Assembly (NCBI GenBank): GCA_963752235.1
Contig: CAVVXL010000011.1
Location: 128,599 to 192,598 of the forward strand
DNA from: an uncultured Acidobacteriota bacterium
GTDB lineage: Bacteria; Acidobacteriota; Thermoanaerobaculia; Multivoradales; UBA5704
Direction of reading: 5' to 3'
Length of the DNA stretch: 64,000 bases
In this document: piece after piece, positions 35,618 to 44,154 of the stretch
How positions within the stretch are numbered: the stretch's first letter is position 1
Layout: every line of letters starts with the position of its first letter
Program-made: the position numbers and the translations under genes
Notes under the pieces: generated by a model
The model's input: the letters and a program-made list of their open reading frames with translations, nothing else
The model's database searches: none
Told to the model about the DNA's origin: nothing

Positions 35618-36631
35618 CTATCCTCTGATGAGCAGACGGTGGAGCAGCGCCATCTGCGCCCACATGCGGTTCCTTGCCTCGTGGACCACGACGCTGCGCG
35701 GCCCGTCCAGCACCTCGTCCTTCACCACCACGTTGCGCCGCACCGGCAGGCAGTGCATGAACCGGCAGTCCGGCGCGGCGTTCGCGAACCACTCCTCGCC
35801 CACGCACCAATCGCGGAGGGGGGCGCGGAAGGCCGCCTCGGCCCCCGGGTCGCCGTAGTGCAGGGGCGAGGTCCACGACTTGGCGTAGAGCACCCGCGCG
35901 CCTGCGAGCGCCTCCTCGCGGTCGGCGGTCTCGCGCAGCGAGCCGCCCGAGAGCTCCGCCGCCGTACGCGCCCGCGCCATCACCGGCTCCGGCAGGGCGA
36001 ACCCTTCGGGGCGCAGCACGGTGACGTCCATCCCGCGCAGCGCCGCCATGTGGACGGCGGCGGCGGGCACGGCGAGCGGCAGCGGCTTCGGGTGCCAGGC
36101 CCAGGAGAGGACGAACTTACCGCCGCGGGCTGGAATCCCCAGATCGTCCAGGGTCTTCCAGTCGGCCAGCGCCTGGCAGGGGTGATCGATCGCCGATTCG
36201 AGGTTGATCGCGGGCACGGGACAGGCCGCCGCCATGGCGCGGAAGGTCGTATCCGCGAGGTCGGCCGCGAGGTCCGCGCCGGCGGCGAAGGAGCGGATGC
36301 CGAGGGCGTCCGCGTACCCCGCCAGCACCGGGATCGCCTCGCGCACGTGCTCGGCCGCGGCGCCGTCCATCACCACCCCGTCGCGGGTCTCGAGCAGCCA
36401 GGTCCCCTGCCCGGGCGAGACCACGAACGAGCTGCCGCCGAGCCGCGCCATCCCCGCCTGGAAGGAGGCGAGGGTGCGCAGCGACGGATTGAAGAAGAGG
36501 AGGGCGAGGATCTTCCCCTTGAGCGCCTCCGGCTCCGGCCGCCGCTCGAGGCGGGAGGCGAGGCTCAGCAGCTCCTCGACCGCCTCGGGCGAGAGCTCGG
36601 CGAGGGAGAGGAAATCCTTCAGCTCCTTCAT
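35618..36631 (-). CDS. argF': N-acetyl- (or N-succinyl-) ornithine carbamoyltransferase-like transcarbamylase
   Basis: FFNPSLRTLASF (a divergent STRTR motif), DHPCQALAD, FMHCLPVRR. Confidence 0.75.
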   Translation of the reverse strand: MKELKDFLSLAELSPEAVEELLSLASRLERRPEPEALKGKILALLFFNPSLRTLASFQAGMARLGGSSFVVSPGQGTWLLETRDGVVMDGAAAEHVREAIPVLAGYADALGIRSFAAGADLAADLADTTFRAMAAACPVPAINLESAIDHPCQALADWKTLDDLGIPARGGKFVLSWAWHPKPLPLAVPAAAVHMAALRGMDVTVLRPEGFALPEPVMARARTAAELSGGSLRETADREEALAGARVLYAKSWTSPLHYGDPGAEAAFRAPLRDWCVGEEWFANAAPDCRFMHCLPVRRNVVVKDEVLDGPRSVVVHEARNRMWAQMALLHRLLIRG

Positions 36632-37815
36632 CGGGGGATCTCCGCGAGGGCCCGGGCGAGCGCCGAGACGTGCGATTCTTCGAGGACCAGCGGCGGCAGC
36701 AGGCGGACGATCCGCGGATCGCCGCTGGTGCCGGCGAGAATCCCCTTCGCCAGCAGCTCGTCGACGATCTCCCGCGCCGGGCGCGAGGTGCGCAGGCCGA
36801 GCAGGAACCCTTCCCCCTGGATGGCGTCGACCGGCCCCACCCGGCAGGTGTCGCGGATCAGCCGGGAGAGCGTCCGCACCCGCGCCAGCAGCCCGTCGGA
36901 CTCGATCGTCTCGATCACCGCCTCGATCAGCGCGCAGGCGAGCGGGCCGCCGCCGAAGGTGCTCCCCAGGTCCCCCTTCCGGAGCCCCGCCGCCACCGCG
37001 TCGCTCGCCAGCACGGCACCGGCCGGGAAGCCGCCGGCGAGCCCCTTGGCGGTGGTCAGCAGGTCGGGGGTGACGCCGTAGGCCTGCGCCGCGAAGGGAT
37101 GTCCGGTGCGCCCCATGCCGCACTGCACCTCGTCGAGGATCAGCAGCGCTCCAGCCGCCCGCGTCAGCTCGCGCGCCCCGCGCAGGTAGTCCGCCCCGAG
37201 GTCGACCGCGCCGGCCAGCCCCTGGATCGGCTCGGCGATCAGCGCCGCGACGTCTCCTCCCGCGAGCGCCGCCTCCAGGGCCGCCAGGTCGCCGCGCGGC
37301 ACGAAGGTCACCGCGAACGGGGTGCGCGGGAAGCCGTACCATCCTTCGGACTTGTGACTGACCGCCGCCGCCGCCGCCGTGCGGCCATGGAACGCTCCCT
37401 CGAGCGCCACCACGCGGCTCCGCTCCGTGTGCCGGAAGGCGAGGCGGAGGGCGTTCTCGTTCGCCTCGGCGCCGCTGTTGACCAGGAAGGCGCGGGTCAG
37501 GCCGGCCGGCCCGAAGCGCACCAGCCGCTCGGCCGCCCGGGCACGCACGGCGAGCGGCACCGAGTTGCTCTGGAAGAAGAGCTCCTCGGCCTGATGTCCC
37601 AGCGCCGCCACCAGCCGCGGGTGCCGGTAGCCGAGGAGGGCCACGGCGTGGCCGCCGTAGAAGTCGATCAGCGAGCGGCCGTCCCGGGTCTCGACCATCA
37701 CCCCCTCCCCTCGAACCGGCTCTATGGGTGTGTGGGCGTAGACGGGGAGGAGCCAGCGCTCTTCGTCGAGCTCGGCCTGCAGGATCGTCGGGGTCATCGT
37801 CGCGGTCTCATTCAT
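36628..37815 (-). CDS. argD: acetylornithine aminotransferase
   Basis: SGAEANENALRLA, LILDEVQCGMGRTG, TTAKGLAGGFP (PLP Lys). Confidence 0.9.
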   Translation of the reverse strand: MNETATMTPTILQAELDEERWLLPVYAHTPIEPVRGEGVMVETRDGRSLIDFYGGHAVALLGYRHPRLVAALGHQAEELFFQSNSVPLAVRARAAERLVRFGPAGLTRAFLVNSGAEANENALRLAFRHTERSRVVALEGAFHGRTAAAAAVSHKSEGWYGFPRTPFAVTFVPRGDLAALEAALAGGDVAALIAEPIQGLAGAVDLGADYLRGARELTRAAGALLILDEVQCGMGRTGHPFAAQAYGVTPDLLTTAKGLAGGFPAGAVLASDAVAAGLRKGDLGSTFGGGPLACALIEAVIETIESDGLLARVRTLSRLIRDTCRVGPVDAIQGEGFLLGLRTSRPAREIVDELLAKGILAGTSGDPRIVRLLPPLVLEESHVSALARALAEIPR

Positions 37816-37824
37816 TAGCTCTCC

Positions 37825-38877
37825 TCACAGCCAGCCCAGCCCGGGCAGCTTCAGGCCCGCCGTCTCCGGGAAGCCGAGCAGCCGGTTCATCCATTGGATG
37901 GCGCCGCCGGCGGCGCCCTTCACCAGGTTGTCGATCGCCGAGAAGACCACCAGATGGTCCTCGGAGGCCGCCGCCGAGAGGCGGGCGCGGTTGGTCCCCA
38001 CCACGTCCTGGAGGCGGGGAGGATCGGCCAGCACGTCGACGAACGGCGCGCCCGCGTAGAAGCCGGCGAGGGCCGCGACGACCTCCTCGGCGGGCATCGG
38101 CCGCAGCAGCCGCGCTTGCAGGGTGGCGTAGATGCCGCGCGCGAACGGCCCCGCCTGGGGGGTGAAGAAGATCTCCGCCGCGGCGAGTGCGCGCATCTCG
38201 GGCTCGTGCCGGTGCCGCAGCGCGTTGTAGGCGAAGAGGTTGCTACGCCGCGCCGGGTGGTGGGTGGTGGCCGTCGGGGTGCGCCCCGCCCCGGTGCTGC
38301 CGGTGACGGCGACCACCGACAGCCGCGGCTCGATCAGCCTCAAGCTCAGCAGCGGCACGGCGGCGAGCAGGGTCGCGGTGACGAAGCACCCTGGGTGGCC
38401 GACGTGCCCCGGCGGGGTTTCCGCAAGGTGCTCCGGCAGGGCGCAGCGGAACTCGCCCAAGCGCCCGGGCGCGCCGTGCGGGTGGCCGTAGACCGCCTCG
38501 TAGGCGCTCGCTTCGCCGAACCGGAAGTCGGCCGAGACGTCGACGACCTTGATCCGGGTGCCGGCCTTCTCGGCCGCGGTCAGGATCGCGTCGAGGAGGG
38601 GCGCCGCGGCGCCGTGGGGCGCCGCGCCGAGCACCGCCACGCTCTCCGCCTCGCCGATCACCCGCTCCACCTCCTCGCGGCCGGCGAACGCCAGGCCGGA
38701 GTAGCATCCCGCGAGCTGCGGGAAGGCGGCCTCGACCACGCCCCCCGCCTGGCTCTCGGAGAGGACCGCCGCCACCGCGAGGTGCGGATGGCCGGCGAGG
38801 AGGCGCAGCAGCTCGCCGGCCACATAGCCGGTGCCGCCCAGCACCACGGTGGGGACCGCGGAGACCCCGGCGCTCAT
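37825..38877 (-). CDS. argC: N-acetyl-gamma-glutamyl-phosphate reductase
   Basis: VVLGGTGYVAGELLRLL and GHPGCFVTA (catalytic Cys). ATGA overlap with the upstream gene. Confidence 0.85.
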   Translation of the reverse strand: MSAGVSAVPTVVLGGTGYVAGELLRLLAGHPHLAVAAVLSESQAGGVVEAAFPQLAGCYSGLAFAGREEVERVIGEAESVAVLGAAPHGAAAPLLDAILTAAEKAGTRIKVVDVSADFRFGEASAYEAVYGHPHGAPGRLGEFRCALPEHLAETPPGHVGHPGCFVTATLLAAVPLLSLRLIEPRLSVVAVTGSTGAGRTPTATTHHPARRSNLFAYNALRHRHEPEMRALAAAEIFFTPQAGPFARGIYATLQARLLRPMPAEEVVAALAGFYAGAPFVDVLADPPRLQDVVGTNRARLSAAASEDHLVVFSAIDNLVKGAAGGAIQWMNRLLGFPETAGLKLPGLGWL

Positions 38878-39953
38878 CCCGCCGCGACCTCCACGGGCGC
38901 CGCCACGCCGAGCCCCAGCGCCACCCTCACCAGCGCCGACAGCCGGGCCCCCTCGGTGCGGGCATTGATCGCCGGGACCCCCAGCTCGTCCTCGATGATC
39001 CGCGTCCCGGCGAGGTTGTCGGTCGCCGGGCCGGTGACCGCCGCGGGCTCGATGCCGAACCGCTCGCGGAGCATCCGCACCCCGCCCCAGGCCGCCACCG
39101 GGTCGTTGGCGGCGAGCACCACGGCGGTCATCGCGGCGCGGATCGCCGGATCGTCGAGGATCGCCGCCACCCCGTAGGCGCCGAGGAGGCCGTCGCCGAG
39201 CTCGGCCACGATGGCGTCCGGCCGGCCGGCGGCGAGGCGGGTGACCAGCGTCCGCATCGCCGCCGGGGCGTTCCCCGGCGTCGTCGAGACCACCCCGAGG
39301 TCGGTGAACAGGGCGGTGGCGCGCGCCCCGGCGTCCTCCATGGCGAGCACGTCGCGGCGCAGCGAGACGCCGGTCGCCTTCAGCCCGTCGACGGTCAGCC
39401 CGGCGTGGCTCAGGTGGCGGACCAGGGTGCAGGCGGCCGCCGTCTTGCCGCAGTTCATGCAGGAGCCGACCAGGGCGACCACCGGCACCCCGGCGGCGGC
39501 GAGCGGCGCCGCCGGGTCCAGGGGCTCGCCGCCGATGCGCGCCGCGATGCCGATCCGCTCGCCGAGGTAGGGGAAGTGGAGCACCGCCCCCAGCACCTCG
39601 CACTCGAAGGGGGCCCCAAGGTCCGGGTTCGTCGAGTCGCAGATCCCGATCACCCCGCCCATGTTGAGCAGGTGCACCGTGTCGCCGGGGACCAGCCGCT
39701 CGGGCAGGTGCCCGGAGTAGCCGAACAGGGCGTGGCGATGGCCGAGGGCGCCGGCGATCACGTCCCCCTGCTTGACCTGCGCCATGCGGCCGCTCGGCAG
39801 CTCGAGCTGGCTGTAGGTGGTCTTGTCGTTGCGCACCCGCACGGCGATCACCACCCCCTCCTCGCAGGGGATGTCGGCGCTCACCCGCACCTCGCGCTTG
39901 AGGCCGCAGGCGCGGGTGACCGAGGCGATCTTGTCGAGCAGCACGGTCTTCAT
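38874..39953 (-). CDS. P-loop (GSCMNCGKT) protein of unknown function embedded in the arg operon
   Basis: Starts MKTVLLDKIASV at 39953 (ATGA overlap with the argG stop); its stop overlaps the argC start. Walker-A-like GxxxxGKT and ELGDG motifs. Confidence 0.7.
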   Translation of the reverse strand: MKTVLLDKIASVTRACGLKREVRVSADIPCEEGVVIAVRVRNDKTTYSQLELPSGRMAQVKQGDVIAGALGHRHALFGYSGHLPERLVPGDTVHLLNMGGVIGICDSTNPDLGAPFECEVLGAVLHFPYLGERIGIAARIGGEPLDPAAPLAAAGVPVVALVGSCMNCGKTAAACTLVRHLSHAGLTVDGLKATGVSLRRDVLAMEDAGARATALFTDLGVVSTTPGNAPAAMRTLVTRLAAGRPDAIVAELGDGLLGAYGVAAILDDPAIRAAMTAVVLAANDPVAAWGGVRMLRERFGIEPAAVTGPATDNLAGTRIIEDELGVPAINARTEGARLSALVRVALGLGVAAPVEVAAG

Positions 39954-41170
39954 GACGACTCTTCCTTCCCCGCAATGGGCGCCGCGCGGGCGTAGAGCTC
40001 CCCCGGCAGGGCCACGATGCGCGAGAAGCCGCGGGCATCGGCGGCCGACCACTCCCCCGCCGCCTCGCCGTAGACGCCGCGCGAGGCCGCCCGCAGCGAG
40101 AACGGGGAGGCGACCCCCTCCACGAACACCGACCCCGGGCGGAAGAGGAGGTGGACCTCCCCGGTGACCCGCCGCTGCGAGGAGAGGAGGAGCGCCTCGA
40201 TGTCGCGGCAGACCGGATCGAGGTGCTGCCCCTCGTGCACCAGATCGCCGTAGACCACCGAGACCGTCTCCTTGACCCGGATCTGCCGGCCGGTCAAGAC
40301 CAGCTTCTCGAGCTCGCGGTGGGCGGCGAGCAGCACCTCGGCAGCCGGCGCCTCGAAGGCGACCCGCCCCTTGATGCCGAGGATCGTCTCGCCGAGATGG
40401 ATGCCGCGGCCGATGCCGTATCCCTGCGCCGCCTTCTCCACCGCCTCGATCAACGCCACGGGAGCGAGCGCCTCGCCGTCCCAGGCGGCGGGTACCCCCT
40501 GCTCGAAGGCGACCGTGTGGCGCACCGGCGGCAGGGGCGCGTCGAAGGCCCCTTGAGTCAGCACCCAGGCGGTCTCGGGGATCGACGCCACGCTGTCGAG
40601 GGTCTCCTGGCCGCCGATCGTCACTCCCCAGAGGCCGCGATTGATCGAGTAGGCGGCGCCGGACGGCGGCACGGGGAGGCCGCGCGCCTCGAGGTAGGCG
40701 ACCTGCTCCGCCCGCGGCCGCGGCTCGTCGCGCACCGGCGCCAGGATCTCGAGGGCGGGATCGAGGGTGCGCAGGGCCACCTCGAAGCGCACCTGGTCGT
40801 TGCCCGCCGCCGTGCAGCCGTGGGCGACGGTGCGCGAGCCGAGGCGGGCGGCGGCCTTCGCCACCTCCTGGGCCTGGATCACCCGCTCGGCGCCGACGCA
40901 GAGCGGATAGACCTGCCCGCGCCGCACGTTGCCGACGATCAGGAAGCGCAGCACGCGGTCGAAGAAGTCCTGCCGCGCGTCGATCAGCAGGTGGTCCGCG
41001 GCGCCGAGCACGCGCGAGCGCCGCGCCAGCTCCTCGGCGGCCTGGGCGTCGAGACCGCCGGTGTCCACGGTCACGGTGACCACCGGCCGGCCCAGGGTCT
41101 CGGCGAGCCAGGGGATGGCGAATGAGGTGTCCAGCCCACCCGAAAAGGCGAGCACGATGGGATCGGCCAT
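39950..41170 (-). CDS. argG: argininosuccinate synthase
   Basis: IVLAFSGGLDTS and GCTAAGNDQVRFE. Confidence 0.9.
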   Translation of the reverse strand: MADPIVLAFSGGLDTSFAIPWLAETLGRPVVTVTVDTGGLDAQAAEELARRSRVLGAADHLLIDARQDFFDRVLRFLIVGNVRRGQVYPLCVGAERVIQAQEVAKAAARLGSRTVAHGCTAAGNDQVRFEVALRTLDPALEILAPVRDEPRPRAEQVAYLEARGLPVPPSGAAYSINRGLWGVTIGGQETLDSVASIPETAWVLTQGAFDAPLPPVRHTVAFEQGVPAAWDGEALAPVALIEAVEKAAQGYGIGRGIHLGETILGIKGRVAFEAPAAEVLLAAHRELEKLVLTGRQIRVKETVSVVYGDLVHEGQHLDPVCRDIEALLLSSQRRVTGEVHLLFRPGSVFVEGVASPFSLRAASRGVYGEAAGEWSAADARGFSRIVALPGELYARAAPIAGKEESS

Positions 41171-41174
41171 GACC

Positions 41175-41639
41175 TTATCCCTCCTTGGGGAAGCTGCTTT
41201 CGAGGCGGCGGACGAGACGTTTCTGATCGGCGGCCGAGGCGGTGGCGACGAAGATCGTGTCGTCCCCCGCCATCGTCCCCACCAGCTCGGGCCAGCCGGC
41301 GCGGTCGAGGGCGATGGCCACCGCCTGCGCGGCCCCCGCCATGGTGAAGACGACGGTGAGATGGGCCCCCGCGGGCTTCGCCCCGCGCAGGAAGTGAGCG
41401 ACCTCGGCGAGCCCCGGATCGATCCCGCGCTCTTCTCGTCCCGCGGGAAGTGCGTAGCGCCCGCCGATCCACCCCACCCCGAGGTCCCGCAGGTCGCGGC
41501 TGACGCTCGACTGGGTGGCCGCGATCCCCCGCGTCCGCAGGCGCTCCACGAGCTCCCCCTGGCTGGTCACCCGCTCCGCCTGGAGGATCGCCAGCACCAC
41601 CTGCTGCCGGGCTTCGCGATGTTCGTGGTCGGAGGGCAT
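41175..41639 (-). CDS. argR: arginine repressor
   Basis: VTSQGELVERLRTRGIAATQSSVSRDLRDLG (winged HTH) and a C-terminal GTMAGDDTIFV. Start taken at the ATG at 41639 (154 aa). Confidence 0.8.
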   Translation of the reverse strand: MPSDHEHREARQQVVLAILQAERVTSQGELVERLRTRGIAATQSSVSRDLRDLGVGWIGGRYALPAGREERGIDPGLAEVAHFLRGAKPAGAHLTVVFTMAGAAQAVAIALDRAGWPELVGTMAGDDTIFVATASAADQKRLVRRLESSFPKEG

Positions 41640-41808
41640 AGTCGATACCGATTGCAAATCGATGCGCATAGCGTTGCATGTGCGGCATGGATTGTCAAGC
41701 AAGCCTGCTCCGTTGCCTTCTGACGCGACGGCATTCCCTTGCGGCGCGACGCCGGGTTAGGATGCCGACGCAAATTCCCGGGCGTAGAATGGAGGCGGAG
41801 GGTGACTC

Positions 41809-42372
41809 ATGGCCGTACCGATGCAGAAGCAGCTCCTGACCATCGCGGAGTTCGAGCGCGCCTGGGACGACGGCGCGTTCCCTGCCGACGCGCGGCTGGA
41901 GCTGATCCGCGGCGAGACCTTTGAGATGACGCCGATCGGCGACCGCCATGCCCTGTGCGTCATGTGGCTCTGCGACCTGTTGGCGGATCTCCGGCCCCTG
42001 GGCATCCTCAGCCCGCAGAACCCCCTCCGCCTCCCCGCGCAGGAGTCGGTCCCGCAGCCTGACGTGGTCGTCCTCCGCCGCCGGGCGGACTTCGGCGCCC
42101 GCCCGCCCGGCGCCGAGGACGTCCTCCTCCTCGTCGAGGTCGCGGACACCTCGCTCTTCTATGACCGCAAGCGGAAGCTCCCCCTCTACGCCGAGAACGG
42201 CATCCCCGAGGCCTGGCTGGTCGATCTCAATTCGGACACCGTCCTCGTACACCGGCGGCCGTCGCGCGAGGGGTATCAGGAGGTGCGCGCCTATCGGCGT
42301 GGCGAATCGATCTCTCCCCAGGCCTTCCCGGACGAGAGCTTCGCCGTCGCCGAGATCCTCGGCCCGGCCTGA
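41809..42372 (+). CDS. Uma2-family (DUF820) endonuclease-like protein
   Basis: ELIRGE...MTP, PDVVV, and VEVADTSLFYDRKRKLPLYAENGIPEAWLVDL. Confidence 0.8.
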   Translation: MAVPMQKQLLTIAEFERAWDDGAFPADARLELIRGETFEMTPIGDRHALCVMWLCDLLADLRPLGILSPQNPLRLPAQESVPQPDVVVLRRRADFGARPPGAEDVLLLVEVADTSLFYDRKRKLPLYAENGIPEAWLVDLNSDTVLVHRRPSREGYQEVRAYRRGESISPQAFPDESFAVAEILGPA

Positions 42373-42396
42373 TTCAGTTTCCTTCGAATTCCGCGC

Positions 42397-43200
42397 TCAG
42401 CGCGGCGCGAGGTACACCGTCGCTCCGTGCCCCTGGAGCTTCACGCGGCCGGACTCGATGGCGACGATCGTGAAGCCGCCGACGCTCTCACCCGGTCCCA
42501 TCACCCGCCCGTCGAGCACCGCCACCGGGTGGTCCTGGGAGTAGGCGATGCCGTTCAGCTTCACCAGCCCGCCACCGGGGACCGGCACCTCGCCGGTGTA
42601 GACCTTGCCTTCCTCGAGCCCACCGGAGGCGGTCGCGGGAGCGGTGGCGGCGGAAACCGCGGATTGGGGCGCGGGCGCCTCGGGAGCCGGTGCGGCCGGA
42701 ACGGGGGCCGTGTTGGGGGTGGGATCAGGAGCCGCCTCGACGGGCAGGGGCGAGGGAGCTGCCGCCGTCGGCGCGGGCTTTGGTGCGGGGGGTGCGGGAG
42801 TCTCGAGGCGCGGGGCGGCTGGCGGCGACGGCTTGGGGACCGCCGCGGGAGGAGTGGCGGAGACGGTGGGAGCCGCCGGTACCTCCACGAGGGTGGCCGC
42901 CGGCTCGGGAGCGGACGCGGCGGGAGCCGGTGGGACGGGCGGGGAGATAGCCGCCGCCACACGAGCGGCCGGAGCCGGGGGCGCGGCCTTGTAGAACGGC
43001 CCCCAGCCGGCGAAGAAAGCGAGGGCGAAGAAGGCCGCCGCCAGGACGCAGCCGACGCCGAGCCCCGCCAGCAGGGTGATCCAGGGGGCGCGCGGCGGCG
43101 CCTCGGCGGTTCCCATCGCGTAGGGGGTCCCCTGGCGCAGGGAATCCTGGCGGGCGGCCTCCTGCCGGGCCTTCTTCAGAGCGTCGCTGATCAGGCTCAT
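42397..43200 (-). CDS. GspB/ExeB-like secretin-assembly factor (one TM, Pro/Ala-rich linker)
   Basis: MSLISDALKKARQEA start, one TM, and a C-terminal LKLNGIAYSQDHPVAVLDGRVMGPGESVGGFTIVAIE. Start overlaps the exeA stop. Confidence 0.65.
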   Translation of the reverse strand: MSLISDALKKARQEAARQDSLRQGTPYAMGTAEAPPRAPWITLLAGLGVGCVLAAAFFALAFFAGWGPFYKAAPPAPAARVAAAISPPVPPAPAASAPEPAATLVEVPAAPTVSATPPAAVPKPSPPAAPRLETPAPPAPKPAPTAAAPSPLPVEAAPDPTPNTAPVPAAPAPEAPAPQSAVSAATAPATASGGLEEGKVYTGEVPVPGGGLVKLNGIAYSQDHPVAVLDGRVMGPGESVGGFTIVAIESGRVKLQGHGATVYLAPR

Positions 43201-44009
43201 GTGAACCTCCCCTCCAGCTCGCGGATCGCCCGCCGCACCTGCCACCAGGTCAGCAGGTCCTTCCCTTCGACGAAACCCGCCAGCAGCGCCTTGTCGCACA
43301 CCGCGTTGACCAGCCGCGGGATGCCTCCCGAGTAGCGGAAGATGGCGCGGATCGCCGCCGCCGTGAAGGCCGGGCGGCCGTTGGCGCCCACCACCTGGAG
43401 GCGGTGCTGGATGTAGCGCTCGATCTCGGGGCGCGAGAGAGGAGTCAGATGGTAGCGCACGGTGATCCGCTGGCGGAGCTGGCGCAGGCTGCGGTCGTCG
43501 AGCTTCTCGCGCAGCTCGGGCTGGCCGATGAGGACGATCTGCAAGAGCTTGCGCTGGTCCGTCTCGAGGTTCGAGAGCAGCCGCACCTGCTCGAGGAGCT
43601 CGGCCGAGAGGTCCTGCGCCTCGTCGATCAGCAGCACCACGTCGTTTCCCTTGGCGAGCTGGTCCAGCAGGAATTCGTTGAGCAGGGCGAGGCAGGTGGC
43701 GCGGTCGGCCTTGCCCGGAGTCAGTCCCAGCTCGGTGAGGATCGAGCGCAGGAGCTGGGTGGGGTTCAGACAGGGATTGAGGATCAGCGCCGTGACGTAG
43801 TTGGGCCCCAGCTCCTCGAGCAGCGCCCGGCAGAGGGTCGTCTTCCCCGCGCCGACCTCGCCGGTGACCTGGATGAACCCCTTCCGCTCGCGGATACCGA
43901 ACAGGATGTGGTTGTACGCCTCCCGGTGGCGGTCGCTGAAGAACAGGAACCGGGGATCGGGGGTGATGTTGAACGGCGGCTCGCGGAAGCCGTAGAACTG
44001 GTCGTACAT
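43197..44009 (-). CDS. exeA: ExeA/GspA-like AAA ATPase
   Basis: MYDQFYGFREPPF, GEVGAGKTTLCRAL, LLIDEAQDL. Confidence 0.85.
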   Translation of the reverse strand: MYDQFYGFREPPFNITPDPRFLFFSDRHREAYNHILFGIRERKGFIQVTGEVGAGKTTLCRALLEELGPNYVTALILNPCLNPTQLLRSILTELGLTPGKADRATCLALLNEFLLDQLAKGNDVVLLIDEAQDLSAELLEQVRLLSNLETDQRKLLQIVLIGQPELREKLDDRSLRQLRQRITVRYHLTPLSRPEIERYIQHRLQVVGANGRPAFTAAAIRAIFRYSGGIPRLVNAVCDKALLAGFVEGKDLLTWWQVRRAIRELEGRFT

Positions 44010-44154
44010 CGTTGGGGAGACTCTCTCACAAACCGGAGGGCGAGGGCCGGCCCTCGCTTCAGACACTTCAAAACGGAGAACGCCATGGAAGGAATTCCGA
44101 CCCCAAGGTCGTCTCTCGCTTACAATTGAGCCCTTGAGCAAAGCGAGGCCTGTC

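Noticed and set aside
41640-41702. ARG boxes / ArgR operator upstream of argR
   Set aside because: Only short palindromes are present (CGATT-gca-AATCG, ATGCGCAT) plus a TTGACA hexamer. Nothing resembles the 18-bp ARG-box consensus well enough to claim.
42427-43335. Plus-strand and alternative-frame ORFs over the gspB-like gene (302 aa, 133 aa, 129 aa, 86 aa)
   Set aside because: They are generated by the Pro/Ala-rich, GC-rich linker region. The minus-strand frame with the MSLISDALKKA start, one TM and a conserved C-terminal domain explains the locus.
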